Shown here piece by piece: positions 1 to 12,083 of a stretch of 64,000 bases of DNA. The translations under genes were made by a program, and so were the position numbers. The stretch comes from Octopus bimaculoides (taxonomy: Eukaryota). A model generated the notes under the pieces. That model did not search any database. It was not told where the DNA came from and saw only the letters and a list, made by a program, of their open reading frames with translations. Within the stretch, counting starts at the first letter, position 1. Every line of letters starts with the position of its first letter. The stretch spans positions 26,244,386-26,308,385 of the forward strand of contig NC_068985.1 of NCBI RefSeq assembly GCF_001194135.2, in the 5' to 3' direction.

Positions 1-155
1 ACTACACTCTCTGAGTGGTTGGCGTTAGGAAGGGCATCCAGCTGTAGAAACTCTGCCAGATCAGATTGGAGCCTGGTTCGCCAGTCCTCAGTCAAATCGT
101 CCAACCCATGCTAGCATGGAAAGCAGACGTTAAACGATGATGATGATGATGATGA
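1..155 (+). mobile_element. RTE-type retroposon 3' end with (GAT)n tail
   Basis: Ends gttaaacgatgatgatgatgatgatgat; cut by the window edge. Confidence 0.88.
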
Positions 156-402
156 TGATAATGGATGGCTAATTTCTGTAAATGGTAAGAAGTATTAACT
201 CCGCAATTATTGATAAAGAAGTTGTTAAAAACTAAAGAAAGTATTATTAAAAGCTAGGCAGAATTATATTTTGATTTGAATAAAAAAGAAAAGGAGTTTC
301 AGTTTTTAAATTTGTAATATAAAAAAAATGTTTCCACTGTCTTGAAATATTTTTGCATTGAACATTAGTCATTTTGTTTGTGGTTCTGCTTTTCGTGTTT
401 AG

Positions 403-570
403 CCTTGCCTATGCCCGGATATCAAGAGGAGAACTGAGTGACACAGAAATTCAAATGGCTAAATTTAAAATCCCCAAAAATCCTTCTTCTTACAAAGATA
501 ACTATAAAGTCCTTCACAGACATGAAGATGTGCCTGAGTATCAACGTTTCTCAAGAAAGTACGTAAAAGA
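403..570 (+). CDS. Unidentified gene A, penultimate coding exon ([56 protein letters not shown])
   Basis: Acceptor tttcgtgtttag at 391-402 and donor ga|gtaaat at 570/571. The 168-nt exon is phase 2 at both ends and splices in frame to 3906. No homolog recognised. Confidence 0.75.
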
Positions 571-1179
571 GTAAATTCTGTTTATTTTCTTTCTAAGTAA
601 AACTTTTAATTTTAATTCTAATTGCAATCTTATAATTGATGAATTTCAAAGTTGTTCACATACATCTTCTGTATTCAGAGATTTGTAAACAATCCTTTTT
701 TTTTTATCTTTTCCATTTGCTCATATATAAGTCTATCTTATTATGTCAGTTCATTTTAAATATTACACGAGTCACATTGTCTGAGTTGGATTACTGACAT
801 GATCATTATAATTTCAAACTTTGCCATTGCTACCACTTTTACACTGAGAAAAGGTTACCTCAGTCTGTCTTACTCACTAAAGATGCTACTTCTGTGTTAA
901 TAAGTTAATTGCAGCTCATCATCATCATTTAACATCCACTTTCCATGGGTTATAAAAACTATTTGTCCAGCAATATGCAAACGTTAGTAGAAATTAAAAA
1001 AAGGTGCATTCAACCCAAGAGAGCATTGAAAAACACATGGAAAATAGTTTTAAAATTTTTCATAGTAATATTTTTCATTGTAGCCGAATGCTCGCATTAG
1101 TTCATCGAAGATTATATATTTTCTTCTCTCTCTCTCTCTCTCTCTCCCCAACTCCTGCTACTGAGATCAACATGGTTAA

Positions 1180-3160
1180 CATCTGCCTTGAGCATGTGCA
1201 AATTGATGGCTGCAGGAAACATATGGGCAGGGAGAATGACATACTATAGAGGAAGGACTGGAATTAAAGTGGTTAGGAGGCCTGGGATTGGTAGACATAA
1301 TATGGGTGACAAGAGGTGAGTCAAGTCAACCAGGAATGCCTGAGTGAAGGTGGCACAGACCAGCCTACTTTCAGGAGAAGTGGCCATCAAAGTAATGGAA
1401 AAGGCTGAGTGAGAAGATAGTATATCTGTTGATCAAAGCCTGGGGTGTGGTGGTGAAGGATTTCAGGCTACTCAGTTAGATACCCTTCTTTTTTTAGATA
1501 CTGTTTAGGGTGTCTGTATGCATAGCAACAACACTGTTCCATGTAATGGAGCAGTACTTCAATGTGGGTCTGACTCAAGCTTTGTAAAGTGTTAGCAGTT
1601 ATTGTAGGCTGAAGAGAAAGACCAGCCTTTATAGTGCAGTCTTAGTGAAATCCTCTGATTACAAAGCCTGGTAATTGTAGCAACCATGATAATTCTAGTT
1701 GCATGTTGTTTATTTGAGCAGAGGAATATGATATTGTGTTCTTGATATACATAGACCTGTCTCTATATGTTGAAGGAAATAAGATTGTCATGATTCCATT
1801 GTAGAATGTCTCTGAGGTCTCTGATCATGGAGATAATGCAGGTTTGTCTGAAGTATCTAAGTTGAATATGGATAACAGTTAGGTGCAGAAAGTTAGGGAA
1901 GAATGAAAAGCAGTATCATCTACACAGAAGCAGGCATTTGTTGGTGATAACAAGTAGGTTGTTAATGTGTAGAAGGATGGATGTGGGTACAACATTAGAA
2001 TTGATATAATGTAGGTTAGAGAGAGCTCCATCAACATATGTAAGCCCAACAGCAGGTAGTTTATGTTAGGCATTTACATGCCAAACTTGGTTGAATGCTT
2101 TACAAAATGTCAAATGCAATGCTTGCATGAAATTTCTAAAGAGCAAGGGTTTATTAGTAAGTGACAAAGGAGAGGAGCAGGGCCCCATTAGATTTGGCTT
2201 TATGAAAGTTATACTAGTGGTCATTAAGGAGCGAGACAGAATCAAAGTGTTGGTTGTTAATGGCTGTTGCTATCACTTTTTTAGATGTTGGAAATGAAAG
2301 CAATAAATCAGTAGTTGACAAGGTAAAAGTAGTTGCCCTTCATGAAAATCAGGTGCACTGTTGGGTCTTTCCAAAGACTGAGATATATCTCAGGGGTGGG
2401 GAAGAGACATTGAAGGTCAGTATCAGAATAGGGGCTAACTTTGGGTTTAATTATATGAGAGCAATGGAAGGATCATTGTCAGATATAGTGTGACCGTGGT
2501 GATTTGAAGTAAATACAGGTCTTTTCACACGTGGTGTATGTATGTATGTGTGCATGATGCACTTGGTAGAGTGGAGAGGGATGATTCTGGAGATGATTTA
2601 CCTAATAGGTGCCACGTTAAGTTGGATGCAAAGTAAGCTGTGAATGGAGTGGTTTTTTTCACTATGAAAGTACTGCTTACAGCACCCAGGTAGTTGTGAA
2701 GGGGAAGAGAAGGAAGAGGATTCTACAAAGTTGGAAGAGATGCTTTTGGTTAAAGGCCAAAATGATTGGCTGCTGTTTGGGAAATGATACAATTTGTGGG
2801 CTGTGTGAAGCAGTAAAAGCTATCCAGCTTGTTGGATGGTTTTCTCCAAATGTTGTAGGCCATCTTCTTTGCTCAAACTACTACCATACAGCTATGAGTG
2901 AGCTCTTTCAAAGATTTTGTTTGTATGTGGAATGTGCAAGGACACACCCAAGAGGATGGTTTTAATTACCTGAATGTGATGGAGTGTTTTGCATAGCATG
3001 TGAATGTGTAGTAAAGCAGTAGTCAGACAGTTTTATAGGTGTAGAGATGGTGTTGGTTCAGTAAAACTGTGTTTGGCGGTGAGAAAGAAATCCTGGGTGT
3101 ATTGCATATCTGTGTATGGAATAATAGTAATTAACTGATACTAGCAATGTGATTTTGCTT
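1180..3160 (-). mobile_element. Degenerate CR1/L2-type LINE (RT region and 3' end)
   Basis: Minus strand gives LLTLYKA*VRPTLKYCSITWN (~1540-1600; cf. LYKSLVRPHLEYC..W) and decayed RT-like segments around 1900-2120. Many stops. Confidence 0.7.
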
Positions 3161-3167
3161 GGTGTAA

Positions 3168-3385
3168 GGTGGCGTGCTGGTAGAATCTTTAGCATGCCAG
3201 GTAAAAATGCTTAGCAGTATTTCATCCATCTTTATTTTCTGAGTTCAAATTCTGCTAAGGTTGACTTTGCCTTCCATCCTTTTAGGGTCAATAAAATATG
3301 TACCAGTTAAGCACTGGGGTTAATGTAATCGACTTACCCTGCTCCCCCAAATTGCTGGCCTTGTGCCAAAATTTGAAACCAATAT
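3168..3385 (+). mobile_element. SINE family E copy
   Basis: Matches the copy at 29215-29422 (gagttcaaattc B-box-like motif, gactttgccttccatcct, gccttgtgcc tail). Confidence 0.75.
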
Positions 3386-3430
3386 TTCTTTTGATGCTTT
3401 GTAAGATACATAATTTTGAATGTTCTTAAA

Positions 3431-3630
3431 CCCTTTAACATTCAGATTATTCTGGCAAATATAATACTTGTTTTGGTCACATTGTTTTGAATTAATTATG
3501 CATTATCTCATAGCCTCAAGATTTCAGTGATGAGACCATTTATTTTTAAAATGTTATTATTGAGTAAGTATTTGAATATAAAACAGGTACAATACACGGG
3601 CCAAATATGGTTGTTTTAAATGCTTATGGG
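3431..3630. mobile_element. TTAA-associated (piggyBac-like) MITE
   Basis: Ends ttaaa-ccctttaacatt and aatgcttatggg-ttaa are imperfect inverted repeats. Related fragments at ~6694-6790 and ~54098-54180. Confidence 0.55.
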
Positions 3631-3905
3631 TTAAATATGAATGTAATTTGTGCTTTTACGCTCTTTAATGTGTTTTCTATAATACTGTTAACCAATGCAG
3701 TTTTCTCTACAACTCATAAGTTACAGATTCACATTTGAACAGTTAATATTCTCTTTAGCTATCATTAAGAGCCTGTTGAATTCTAGGTGTGCTTATAGAT
3801 TTCTCTTATATTTATATTTCTAATATATATACTTGTGTGTGTACGTTTAAATATTGTCAGAATTATTTGCTATTGCATTAAACGTTTAAAAACTTTACCT
3901 TGCAG

Positions 3906-3990
3906 ATTTGGTCATTATTACCCAACTGCAGCTCCATCTAGTCAAGGTGAACAGCTGTACCAAATGGCAACCCCAAAATATTTTGTTTGA
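3906..3990 (+). CDS. Unidentified gene A, terminal coding exon (FGHYYPTAAPSSQGEQLYQMATPKYFV*)
   Basis: Acceptor ccttgcag at 3898-3905, phase 2 (ga+a=E), stop tga at 3988-3990, followed by AT-rich UTR-like sequence. Confidence 0.7.
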
Positions 3991-6900
3991 AAAGTTTTTT
4001 TAAATCTCCATTGTATGGAAATGGGAGTATATTTTTGTGCTTGGGTTATATTTTTTATTATAAAATGGATTAGTGGTCTTTATTTTTTCATAAATTTTAT
4101 ATTTTATTTTCCTTTTTATTTGACAAACATTCAAGCTCTATTAACATTTTGCATTTTTTGTTGTGGAGGAACTTTTGATATATTCTTTTAATATTCACTG
4201 GTGAAGCTCAGTTCCTACTGCTATCATTTATGTTATTTTATTATTATAACTGATAACAAAAAATACATCCCAATGGTTTACTCCAAAAGCATAATATGAT
4301 GAAAATAAGATGTATCTATAATGTGATGTGTTACTTCAACAGAATATTTATTACATGTAATTGTTTGAGTGGTGTTCTGATTAAGCTTTTGTGTTACAGA
4401 AAAGAGGGCAAATTTATACGTTTACAGCTCCTAAAGTGATAAATGTGAGTGTAGCTTTTTTTATATCTATTGGAATTTATTTCCACCAAAAAGAAAGACA
4501 AAGCTTGCCAAAAGTTATTTTTTCTTATAAAGTTAAAATGTACATTAATTGTTTTTGCTGGATAGCCCTGATTAGATTTGTTTCAAAGTATCTATAGCAA
4601 AGACATGCTACAGGTTTGCTTGATTGATGCATAGGAGTAACTGACAATTGTAGTACCTCTTGTTATGCTAGATAGGTCTGGCATGTGAAATTCAGCATGT
4701 GATCACTACATTAGCTATGATCATTTTAGCTTTATCTATGTCATACTATTTTAAAAGTTATAACTTAAAGCTTGTGATCCTCATTTTAAAGACCTCAGTG
4801 TCCTTGTTGAGGGAGATTTAGCTGATATATTGAGCAAGTTAAACAACTACATAAAAGCTCCTATTACTGGCTTGAATATTTTAAGTTAAACTTAAAAATG
4901 AATTCATCACAGGAGGACCAAACTACAACTAGTTGCATATATTGAGCAGAAATTCTCAAAACCGTAATCTCAAGACTGTAAATCCTAGAAAAGTTGTCTT
5001 TCATGATGCACTCTTGCTTCCTTTTGAATGTTTGGTTGGATGAAAGCGTATTACTATGGAAATGTAAATATATATATATATTATTATGGATCTGATTTAT
5101 AAAGAAATGGAAGTTGTCAAAGTTGCACATTCAACTACAGAACTGATATATTCTTGCCAGGTGAACTCTTTTGGAGTAATGCTCTCAAAAGATTTTAAAT
5201 GAAAAACTAATCTATTTAATGTCTTAAATCAAAATATATTTTTATATATTCATTATATATATATCAGGTTGGTATTAAAGCAAGTCTTTTAACTTTTTGA
5301 ATGAAAAGGCTTGATTGGGTTTTATTTACTCTAGATATTCTGAAAACTACACCTTTATCCTGTTTGTATCGGGTGTAATATATATGATGAGAGTAGATTT
5401 TGATTATAAAATTCTTTTTAAATCTCCTAAATTTTGTGAAAATCAATTTTTAAATATATTTTGGACAAATTACAAGAAATATTTTCAGTTTTATAACACT
5501 AAAATGAAAAACAAACAAACAATATAACTTAGATGTCACACCGGTAAGGAATATTCAGTCTTTTAACTGAGAGTTGAAACTGATTAAGTCAGTACTGGCC
5601 CTTTTGTCTGAAGGGTCAGTTATTTGTATTCTATCATCTCCACTATACAGTGTCTTTGGCCCAGTCTACCTTGCCATAAAATAAGTGCCATGAGAAGGTA
5701 TAGTTCACTTTTATATGCAGTAGGGCTTTGGATGATTTGCTTTGTTAAGTTATAGTACTAAGCTCTGATCTTCCTCTGAATAGGTAAAAGCAGCCAACGG
5801 ATAACTACTTCAGAGTATCCTCTTTTAAATAACTGCATGAAGAGGGAGTTGACAATGGTATTTATATTATTTGTATTTCTTGAATTCTTTTTAAAGGGGC
5901 ATAATTTCACTGTGTGATATTACATGACTTGGTTTACCAGCTAATTAGTTGAATAAAAGGGAAACTAAATCATTAAAATTAAACTGTTTAATTTTACTGA
6001 AATTAGTTTATTTATTGTTACTTTTCTTTGTTGGATGCATTTTTACACAGTTTTTTTTTCTTTTGTTCTTCTTGAGACCTGATTTTATTCAACAGGTTGT
6101 AAATAAATATGAGAAGAGATTTGATAATTATATTTCAGTTTTATATTCATATATTTTTGTGAGAGTAAATCATCATTTTCCCTGATATTATTTATGGCAG
6201 ATAAGTACAAGAATGCCTGGAATCTTTTGATTCTCCATTCAACCAATGGATTATGGAATGTCTCTTATAGCATTTCGTTAACTGCTTTACTTTACAATGC
6301 CACCAGAGGATATTAAACATTTTATTAATTGCTTTTCTGTTCACAAGGTCAGAAAATATTTAACATTTTGTCATTTGCTTAATAACAATTGGAACTAGTG
6401 AAAAGCTTCCAATATATTTATTTGTGGTATCAAACAAATCTAACCTTTTATATGCTTGGAATTCTTGGTAATTTTTTAAAAAACATATGTGAATTTGCAA
6501 AAGGAATTCTGTTAACTAAATAGTCCTATAAAAATAAAATATATATTGTTATCTATTTTGTGTTGCAATAAACCTTTTTCAGCTAATTTGATTTTGTAAT
6601 TATTACAGATGCATGAATGAATGTTTGAATATTTTTATAATTTTTTAAAATTGAGGTATGAAGACAATTTTATACAAGTAAGCTCTAGCCATTTAACCCC
6701 TTAGCATTCATTTTTTTCTGTCAAATGTACTGCCTATTTATTCACATTGATATGAATTAGTCATGTACTACCTTGTAGCTTTGTAACTTATTTTCTTTAG
6801 GCATAGGCCTAGGAGCAGCTGATCTACCATAGCTATATACATATGCCCAGGGGCTAAACATCAACCTCAGTGTCTTCAATACTGCTGGCGTCACTGTTGA

Positions 6901-7314
6901 AAATTGCAAGATTGAAATTGTATACATTTCAAATATCTTCATGTCCTGAATCATCAGATTATCAGCATTTGATTTACCATATATAATCTAAAGTTTTGAT
7001 CTCTCTGATTAAAAATATTTCTAGTTACAGTAATAGTAGTCGTCACCATCTATTATATCGTAATGACACTAGCCATCTCCAGTGGATACTTCAAAAAGTA
7101 AATAAAGTTTTAAACTGAATGTAGAAAATGTATGTCACCATGGCGACTAAAAGATTAATCAACAAGCATTCCCATTCATAACTAAATCTTTACAAAAGAA
7201 CTTGTATGTCACTATTTCAAAGTTTACATCATCATTGGTTTAGCATGGATCAGATAGAAATAGTTGAGGTAAATGTTTTTATAGTTGGATGTTCTTCCTG
7301 TTGCCAATGCTCAC

Positions 7315-7590
7315 CTGCGTGGCACTTTGGGCAAGTGTCTTCTTCTATAGCCTCAGGCTGACCAAAGCCTTGTGAGTGGATTTGGTAGACGGAAAGTGAA
7401 AGAAGCCCATTGAATATATATATATATCATGGAGAAGGGATCGGGCCGTCGCCAAAACGATGATATATACTTGTGTGTCTGTGTTCCTCCCCACTACCAT
7501 CGCTTGATAATTGATGTTGGTGTGTTTACATCCCTGTAACTTAATGGTTTGGCAAAAGTGACTGATAGAATAAGTGCTAGGGTCAATCTA
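7315..7590 (+). mobile_element. SINE family B copy (5'-truncated)
   Basis: gggcaagtgtcttc...gaccaaagccttgtgagtggatttggtagacgg core shared with 30343-30725. Confidence 0.85.
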
Positions 7591-7950
7591 TTTCAGTCAT
7601 TTGACTGTGGCCATGCTGGAGCACTCCCTTTAGTCGAGAAAATCATCCCCAGGACTTACTTTGTAAGCCTAGTACTTATTCAATCAGTCTCTTTTGCCGA
7701 ACCGCTAAGTTACTTGGACGTAAATACACCAGCATCGGTTGTCAAGCGATGTTGGGAGACAAACACAGATATACAAACACACACACACACACATACATAC
7801 ATACAACGGGCTTCTTTCACTTTCCGTCTACTAAATCCACTCACAAGGCTATAGTAGAAGACACTTGCCAAAAGTGCCACACAGTGGGACAGAACCTGGA
7901 ACCATGTGGTTAGGAAGCAAGCTACTTACCACACAGTCACACTTGCGCCT
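7591..7950 (-). mobile_element. SINE family B copy, tail-to-tail with the previous copy
   Basis: Reverse complement of the family B sequence seen at 30343-30725. Confidence 0.85.
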
Positions 7951-7979
7951 ATATGTCTCTATATATATATCACTATATA

Positions 7980-9253
7980 TTGGGTTGTCCAGAAAGTTCG
8001 TGCTGATTTTTAAAGGAAAGAAAAAGGTCAATAAATACTTGCCATTACATTTTTAATCAACCAAATATGAACCATTTTGTTGCACAATGCGTCTCCATCT
8101 TTCCTTTAACTTGAAAATACCCTCTTCCCAGAATTGAGGTGGTTTCAGGGCAAAGAATTCATCAAGGTATCTTTTTACATCATCCAAGGAATTGAAATTT
8201 TTACCATTAAGACTATTCTGCAGAGACCTGAGTAAGTGGAAATCCAAAGGAGCAATATCTGGTGAATATGGAGGGTGGGGTAACACATCCCAGCTGAGCT
8301 GCAGCAATTTTTGCTTGGTTCCCAAAGAAACGTGCAATCTTGCATTATCATGTTGGAAAACAACACCATTCCTGTTGGCCGATTCTGGACGTTTCTCTTG
8401 AATTGCTGCTTTTAACTCATACAGTTGCGTGCAGTATTTCTCAGAATTAACTGTCTGGTTACTTGGGAGAAACTCCCAAATAATAGTACAGAATTCCTTT
8501 CCAATCCCACCAGACACAAAGCAAGACTCTTTTTGGGTGAAGACCCGCTTTTGGGGTAGCTAAGGGTGGCTCATGTCACTTACTCTAAACATTTCAGTAG
8601 ATAATCCATTTCTCATCACCTGTCACAATTTGCTTTAATAAAAGCGCATTTTCACTCTGTTTATAAAGTGAATCACAGATGGAAATGCAATCCAAAAGGT
8701 TCTTCTCACTCATCTCATGTGGTACCCAAACATCGTAGCGATTTGTGTACTCAAGCTTTACCAGGTGCTCATGAACAACAGATTTTGATAGGTTGAGGCT
8801 TTCTGCCAATTCTTGGGTTGTGCAATGTGGGTTATTCTCAATTAATGACTTGATTTGGTCATTATCTGTAGTGGATGGTCTGCCTGATCACTCTGTATCA
8901 ATAAGGCTACAATCTCCAGCTTGGAACCTTGCGAACCACTTCTGTACAGTTCTTTCGGATAAAGAAACATCACCGTAAACTGCGCATATTTCTTTGGTTG
9001 CTTGTGAGGCATTTTTCCCTTTATGGAAAAAGAAAAGCATCAAGTGCCGAAAATGAACTATTTTATCTTCCATTTTAAAAGGTTACAGAATTAACACAGG
9101 TTATAGGAACATAAACCTTCTTCCCCGAAAAGATAGCTTAAACTGTGCTCTAAATGGAGGTGTAGTCAAATCCTATTTTACGGACTCAACCATGTTCTAA
9201 AATAAGTTGAAAGGTAAGCTACTATAAATCAGCAAACTTTCCGGACAACCCTA
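7980..9253 (-). mobile_element. Full-length (~1.27 kb) mariner transposon
   Basis: TIRs ttgggttgtccagaaagttcgtgctgattt and aaatcagcaaactttccggacaacccta. TA TSD at 7978-7979 and 9254-9255. Confidence 0.95.
8053..9073 (-). pseudogene. Mariner transposase pseudogene (D,D34D)
   Basis: MEDKIVHFRHLMLFFFHKGKNASQA N-terminus, WVPHEM, TGDEKW and HDNA...YSPDIAPLD with 34 residues between the 2nd and 3rd Asp. In-frame stops at 8888 and 8594 plus a frameshift. Confidence 0.95.
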
Positions 9254-9796
9254 TATATTCACATGTGTATATGTAAATATCTATGGCTTATATATCAAGC
9301 CCATTCATGTTTACCTGCATCACTAACCCCACCCTATCTTGCTCTCCACAGTGAGCTTTTTTCAGCTTCTTTCTACAAAATCCACTCAAGCTCTTGGTTG
9401 GCCCAAGATTATAGAACATACTTGCCCAAGGTACCATGCAGAGGGATTGAACTTGAAACAATGTGGTTGGGAATCAAATGTCTTAACCATGCAGACATCC
9501 CTATGTCTATATGTCTTAAATTAAACTTCATTGGTTGATAGAGATGCTAGTGATACTTGCACTGGATTGCAAATTAAATGAAGAGTATGGTGGTATGCCA
9601 TGAAACGAAGATGGATAAAGTACCAGGATATCCTAGAGAAATGAAATTGTGGAAGAGGAAGACATGGTCAGAAGTGGTAAAAGTTGATGTTAATATGTTG
9701 AACCTCTCAAAAGAGATGGGCAAAAGAATATGATAAATTGTGAGATGCTGTGTTGGAGATATTTGTCCAGTCTATGCAAGCATGGAAAGGGAATAT

Positions 9797-9960
9797 GAAG
9801 GTGAGTGGCCTAGTGGTTAGGGTGTTGAGGTCATGATCATAAATTCACAGGTTTAATTTCTGGACTGGGTTGCACATTGTGTCCTTGACCAATGTGCTTC
9901 CTTTCATGTTGCTTCAGTCTACTTATCTGAAAATGAGAGCCAACTTAATATTGGTGTAAC
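9797..9960 (+). mobile_element. tRNA-derived SINE family C copy (degenerate)
   Basis: A-box-like tggcctagtggtt; body similar to 13595-13890. Confidence 0.65.
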
Positions 9961-9974
9961 CTTGTTTCCTCTCA

Positions 9975-10100
9975 GATGTCACATCTTTTGTGCTCAGAAT
10001 TGTTGAAACATGGAATAAACTACCTGCATCAGTTATTAGCTGTCAAGACACTACATCCTTCAAAACTTCCATACTTCTTGAAATTTGCCAACAGTACATC
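9975..10100 (+). mobile_element. CR1/L2-type LINE 3' end fragment
   Basis: Translates RIVETWNKLPASVISCQDTTSFK (cf. RVVxxWNxLP). Confidence 0.6.
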
Positions 10101-11496
10101 CTGATGTTTTTTTTTTATCAGTTGTGATGCACCTGAGCACTGTATACAACAATTTCATCATTATTATATAAAAAAAGATATATAGTAGACAAAAGTTGGA
10201 TGTTTTAGCATTCTGCTGATCTAATTAACAAAGTATAGTATTTGCTATCTATATATAATACATTAAAAGTGAAATTCAATCTTGCTTGCTTGCAATGTTA
10301 CACAGACAAATTGATGCATAATGGGAAAATACTTTGAGAGTAAAGCGCCCCTGAAATGTGAATACGAACAGAATAAAACAAGTTTCGCATAAATCGGACG
10401 TATAGTTATTGAGATATTCGAGGTTTTGGGGGGTAAAATACCAAAAATAGTGCATAATGGAAAATACTTCCAAAAGAATTTAACCCTGGAAGGGAAGAAA
10501 CTCTAACCTTTCCATTACACACATTATGATGGGCAAAATATTTTAAAGTGAAAATAAGTTTAAAAATACGGTAAATATTTCGTAAAAGACTTATTTGTAA
10601 CCTCAGGTTCCTTTCGTGTGCATTCAACATATCTCACCTCCAAAGATTTGGCTGCTATTTCTAGCACGCCCTGCCATCACATAACAACTATTTGCGATAA
10701 AGGACCCGAAATACATACCTGTTACGTGGTAGCAGAGCATACAAAAAATAGCAACCAAATATTTTTTTTCTGGGGAAAGGAGCCGATTATGCGTGATTTC
10801 GATGTCACGTTCGTTGAAAGCAAGCGAAATAACATGGAACCCCCCCCCCCCATAAAACAAAACTCCGTTACAGGGAAACTCAAACTTTCACGGTGACCTA
10901 ACGGGTAACGGGTAGTCTAGTTTTTATAAAAGTTGTGCTAACATAAATTGTGTGATTGTTTATTTAAGTTGACACTGTATTTAATTGTAGTCTGTGGACT
11001 TATTTCATTGAGTTGGTTGTTAATTCATCCTTAAAAGTAGTCCATAAGATTGATATTCCTTAAACTTTTAAGCAATTGTAGTGTTCTGTAGACTCTACAG
11101 ATATTGTGAAGATGATACATTCTTAAACGCAGAATAGTGCTTTATCAACCCAACAGTTTACTATTGTATATCACGTGGAATGCTTTTTGTGGGTTATGGC
11201 TGTTTAGTCCCAGATCAGTCCCGACTGTGCAGACCTATGATCAAAGTTTTCCGATCATGATTGCTTTGTCTTTTTCTCTGGCATTATGCATCTTGAACTA
11301 TATTACGTTTTCTCCTTTTGACCTAGCTCTTTCTAGTACACGTCTTTGCGATATCAGTGATTATACAATCCATGCATCCCACTACAGTCCGTGAACAACT
11401 GTTCTGTAATTCTTCTGTTATTATTTATAGTCAATGTCAACAGGCTACATTAAACAGAATAAAATAAAATTCAAGTAAAGGAATTGCGGATAATAT

Positions 11497-11886
11497 TGTT
11501 GTTGTTGGCACTCCATCGCTTACGACGTCGAGGGTTCCAGTTGATCCGATCAATGGAACAGCCTGTTCGTGAAATTAACGTGCAAGTGGCTGAGCACTCC
11601 ACAGACACGTGTACTCTTAACGTAGTTCTCGGGGATATTCAGCGTGACACAGAGTGTGACAAGGCTGACCATTTGAATTACAGGTACAACAGAAACAGGA
11701 AGTAAGAGTGAGAGAAAGTTGTGGTGAAAGAGTACAGCAGGGTTCGCCACCAACTCTTGCCGGAGCCTCTTGGAGCTTTAGGTGTTTTCGCTGAATAAAC
11801 ACTTACAACGCCCGGTCTGGGAATTGAAACCGCGATCCTATGACCGCGAGTCCGCTGCCTTAACCACTGGGCCATTGTGCCTCCAC
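11497..11886 (-). mobile_element. tRNA-derived SINE family C, full length with TSD
   Basis: Head GGAGGCACAATGGCCCAGTGGTTAAGG (A box) ... GGTTTCAATTCC (B box) and a (CAA)n tail. 12-bp TSD tgcggataatat (11485-11496) / tgcggatcatat (11887-11898). Confidence 0.9.
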
Positions 11887-11979
11887 TGCGGATCATATAT
11901 ACAATAGGAATTGAGATTTGCTGACACCGCAAGAATTGAAGTCAATCTTCTGTCAATAAGTTAAATTAGAAATATTAAC

Positions 11980-12083
11980 ATGTCTTCTAGTAAACAAAAA
12001 CGTAATTTTCGCAAACGGCGATGTTCATCGTCATCCGAAAGTGCTGATGAAGATGCTGAATCTGGGAATACGGATCAAATTAA
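11980..12083 (+). CDS. C9orf78: Telomere length and silencing protein 1 homolog / splicing factor C9orf78, exon 1
   Basis: MSSSKQKRNFRKRRCSSSSESADEDAE, similar to human MPVVRKIFRRRRGDSESEED. Donor aa|gtaagc. Confidence 0.85.

Noticed and set aside
374-574. Track ORF as a standalone 66-aa protein
   Set aside because: It starts in a polypyrimidine tract and stops just inside an intron; it is an internal exon.
6757-6954. Protein-like minus-strand ORF or exon (TPAVLKTLRLMFSPWAY; alternative frame DASSIEDTEVDV*)
   Set aside because: It overlaps a decayed family D repeat tail (ggggctaaaca), the donor is weak, and I recognise no homolog or partner exons.
7422-7468. GC-rich 29-mer between atatatcat/atgatatat inverted 9-mers
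   Set aside because: It resembles a very short RTE-type 3' end (catgga...aaacgatgat) inserted into a TA microsatellite, so the symmetry is probably incidental.
11497-11886. tRNA gene
   Set aside because: The tRNA-like head has no proper acceptor stem and continues into a SINE body with tail and TSD.
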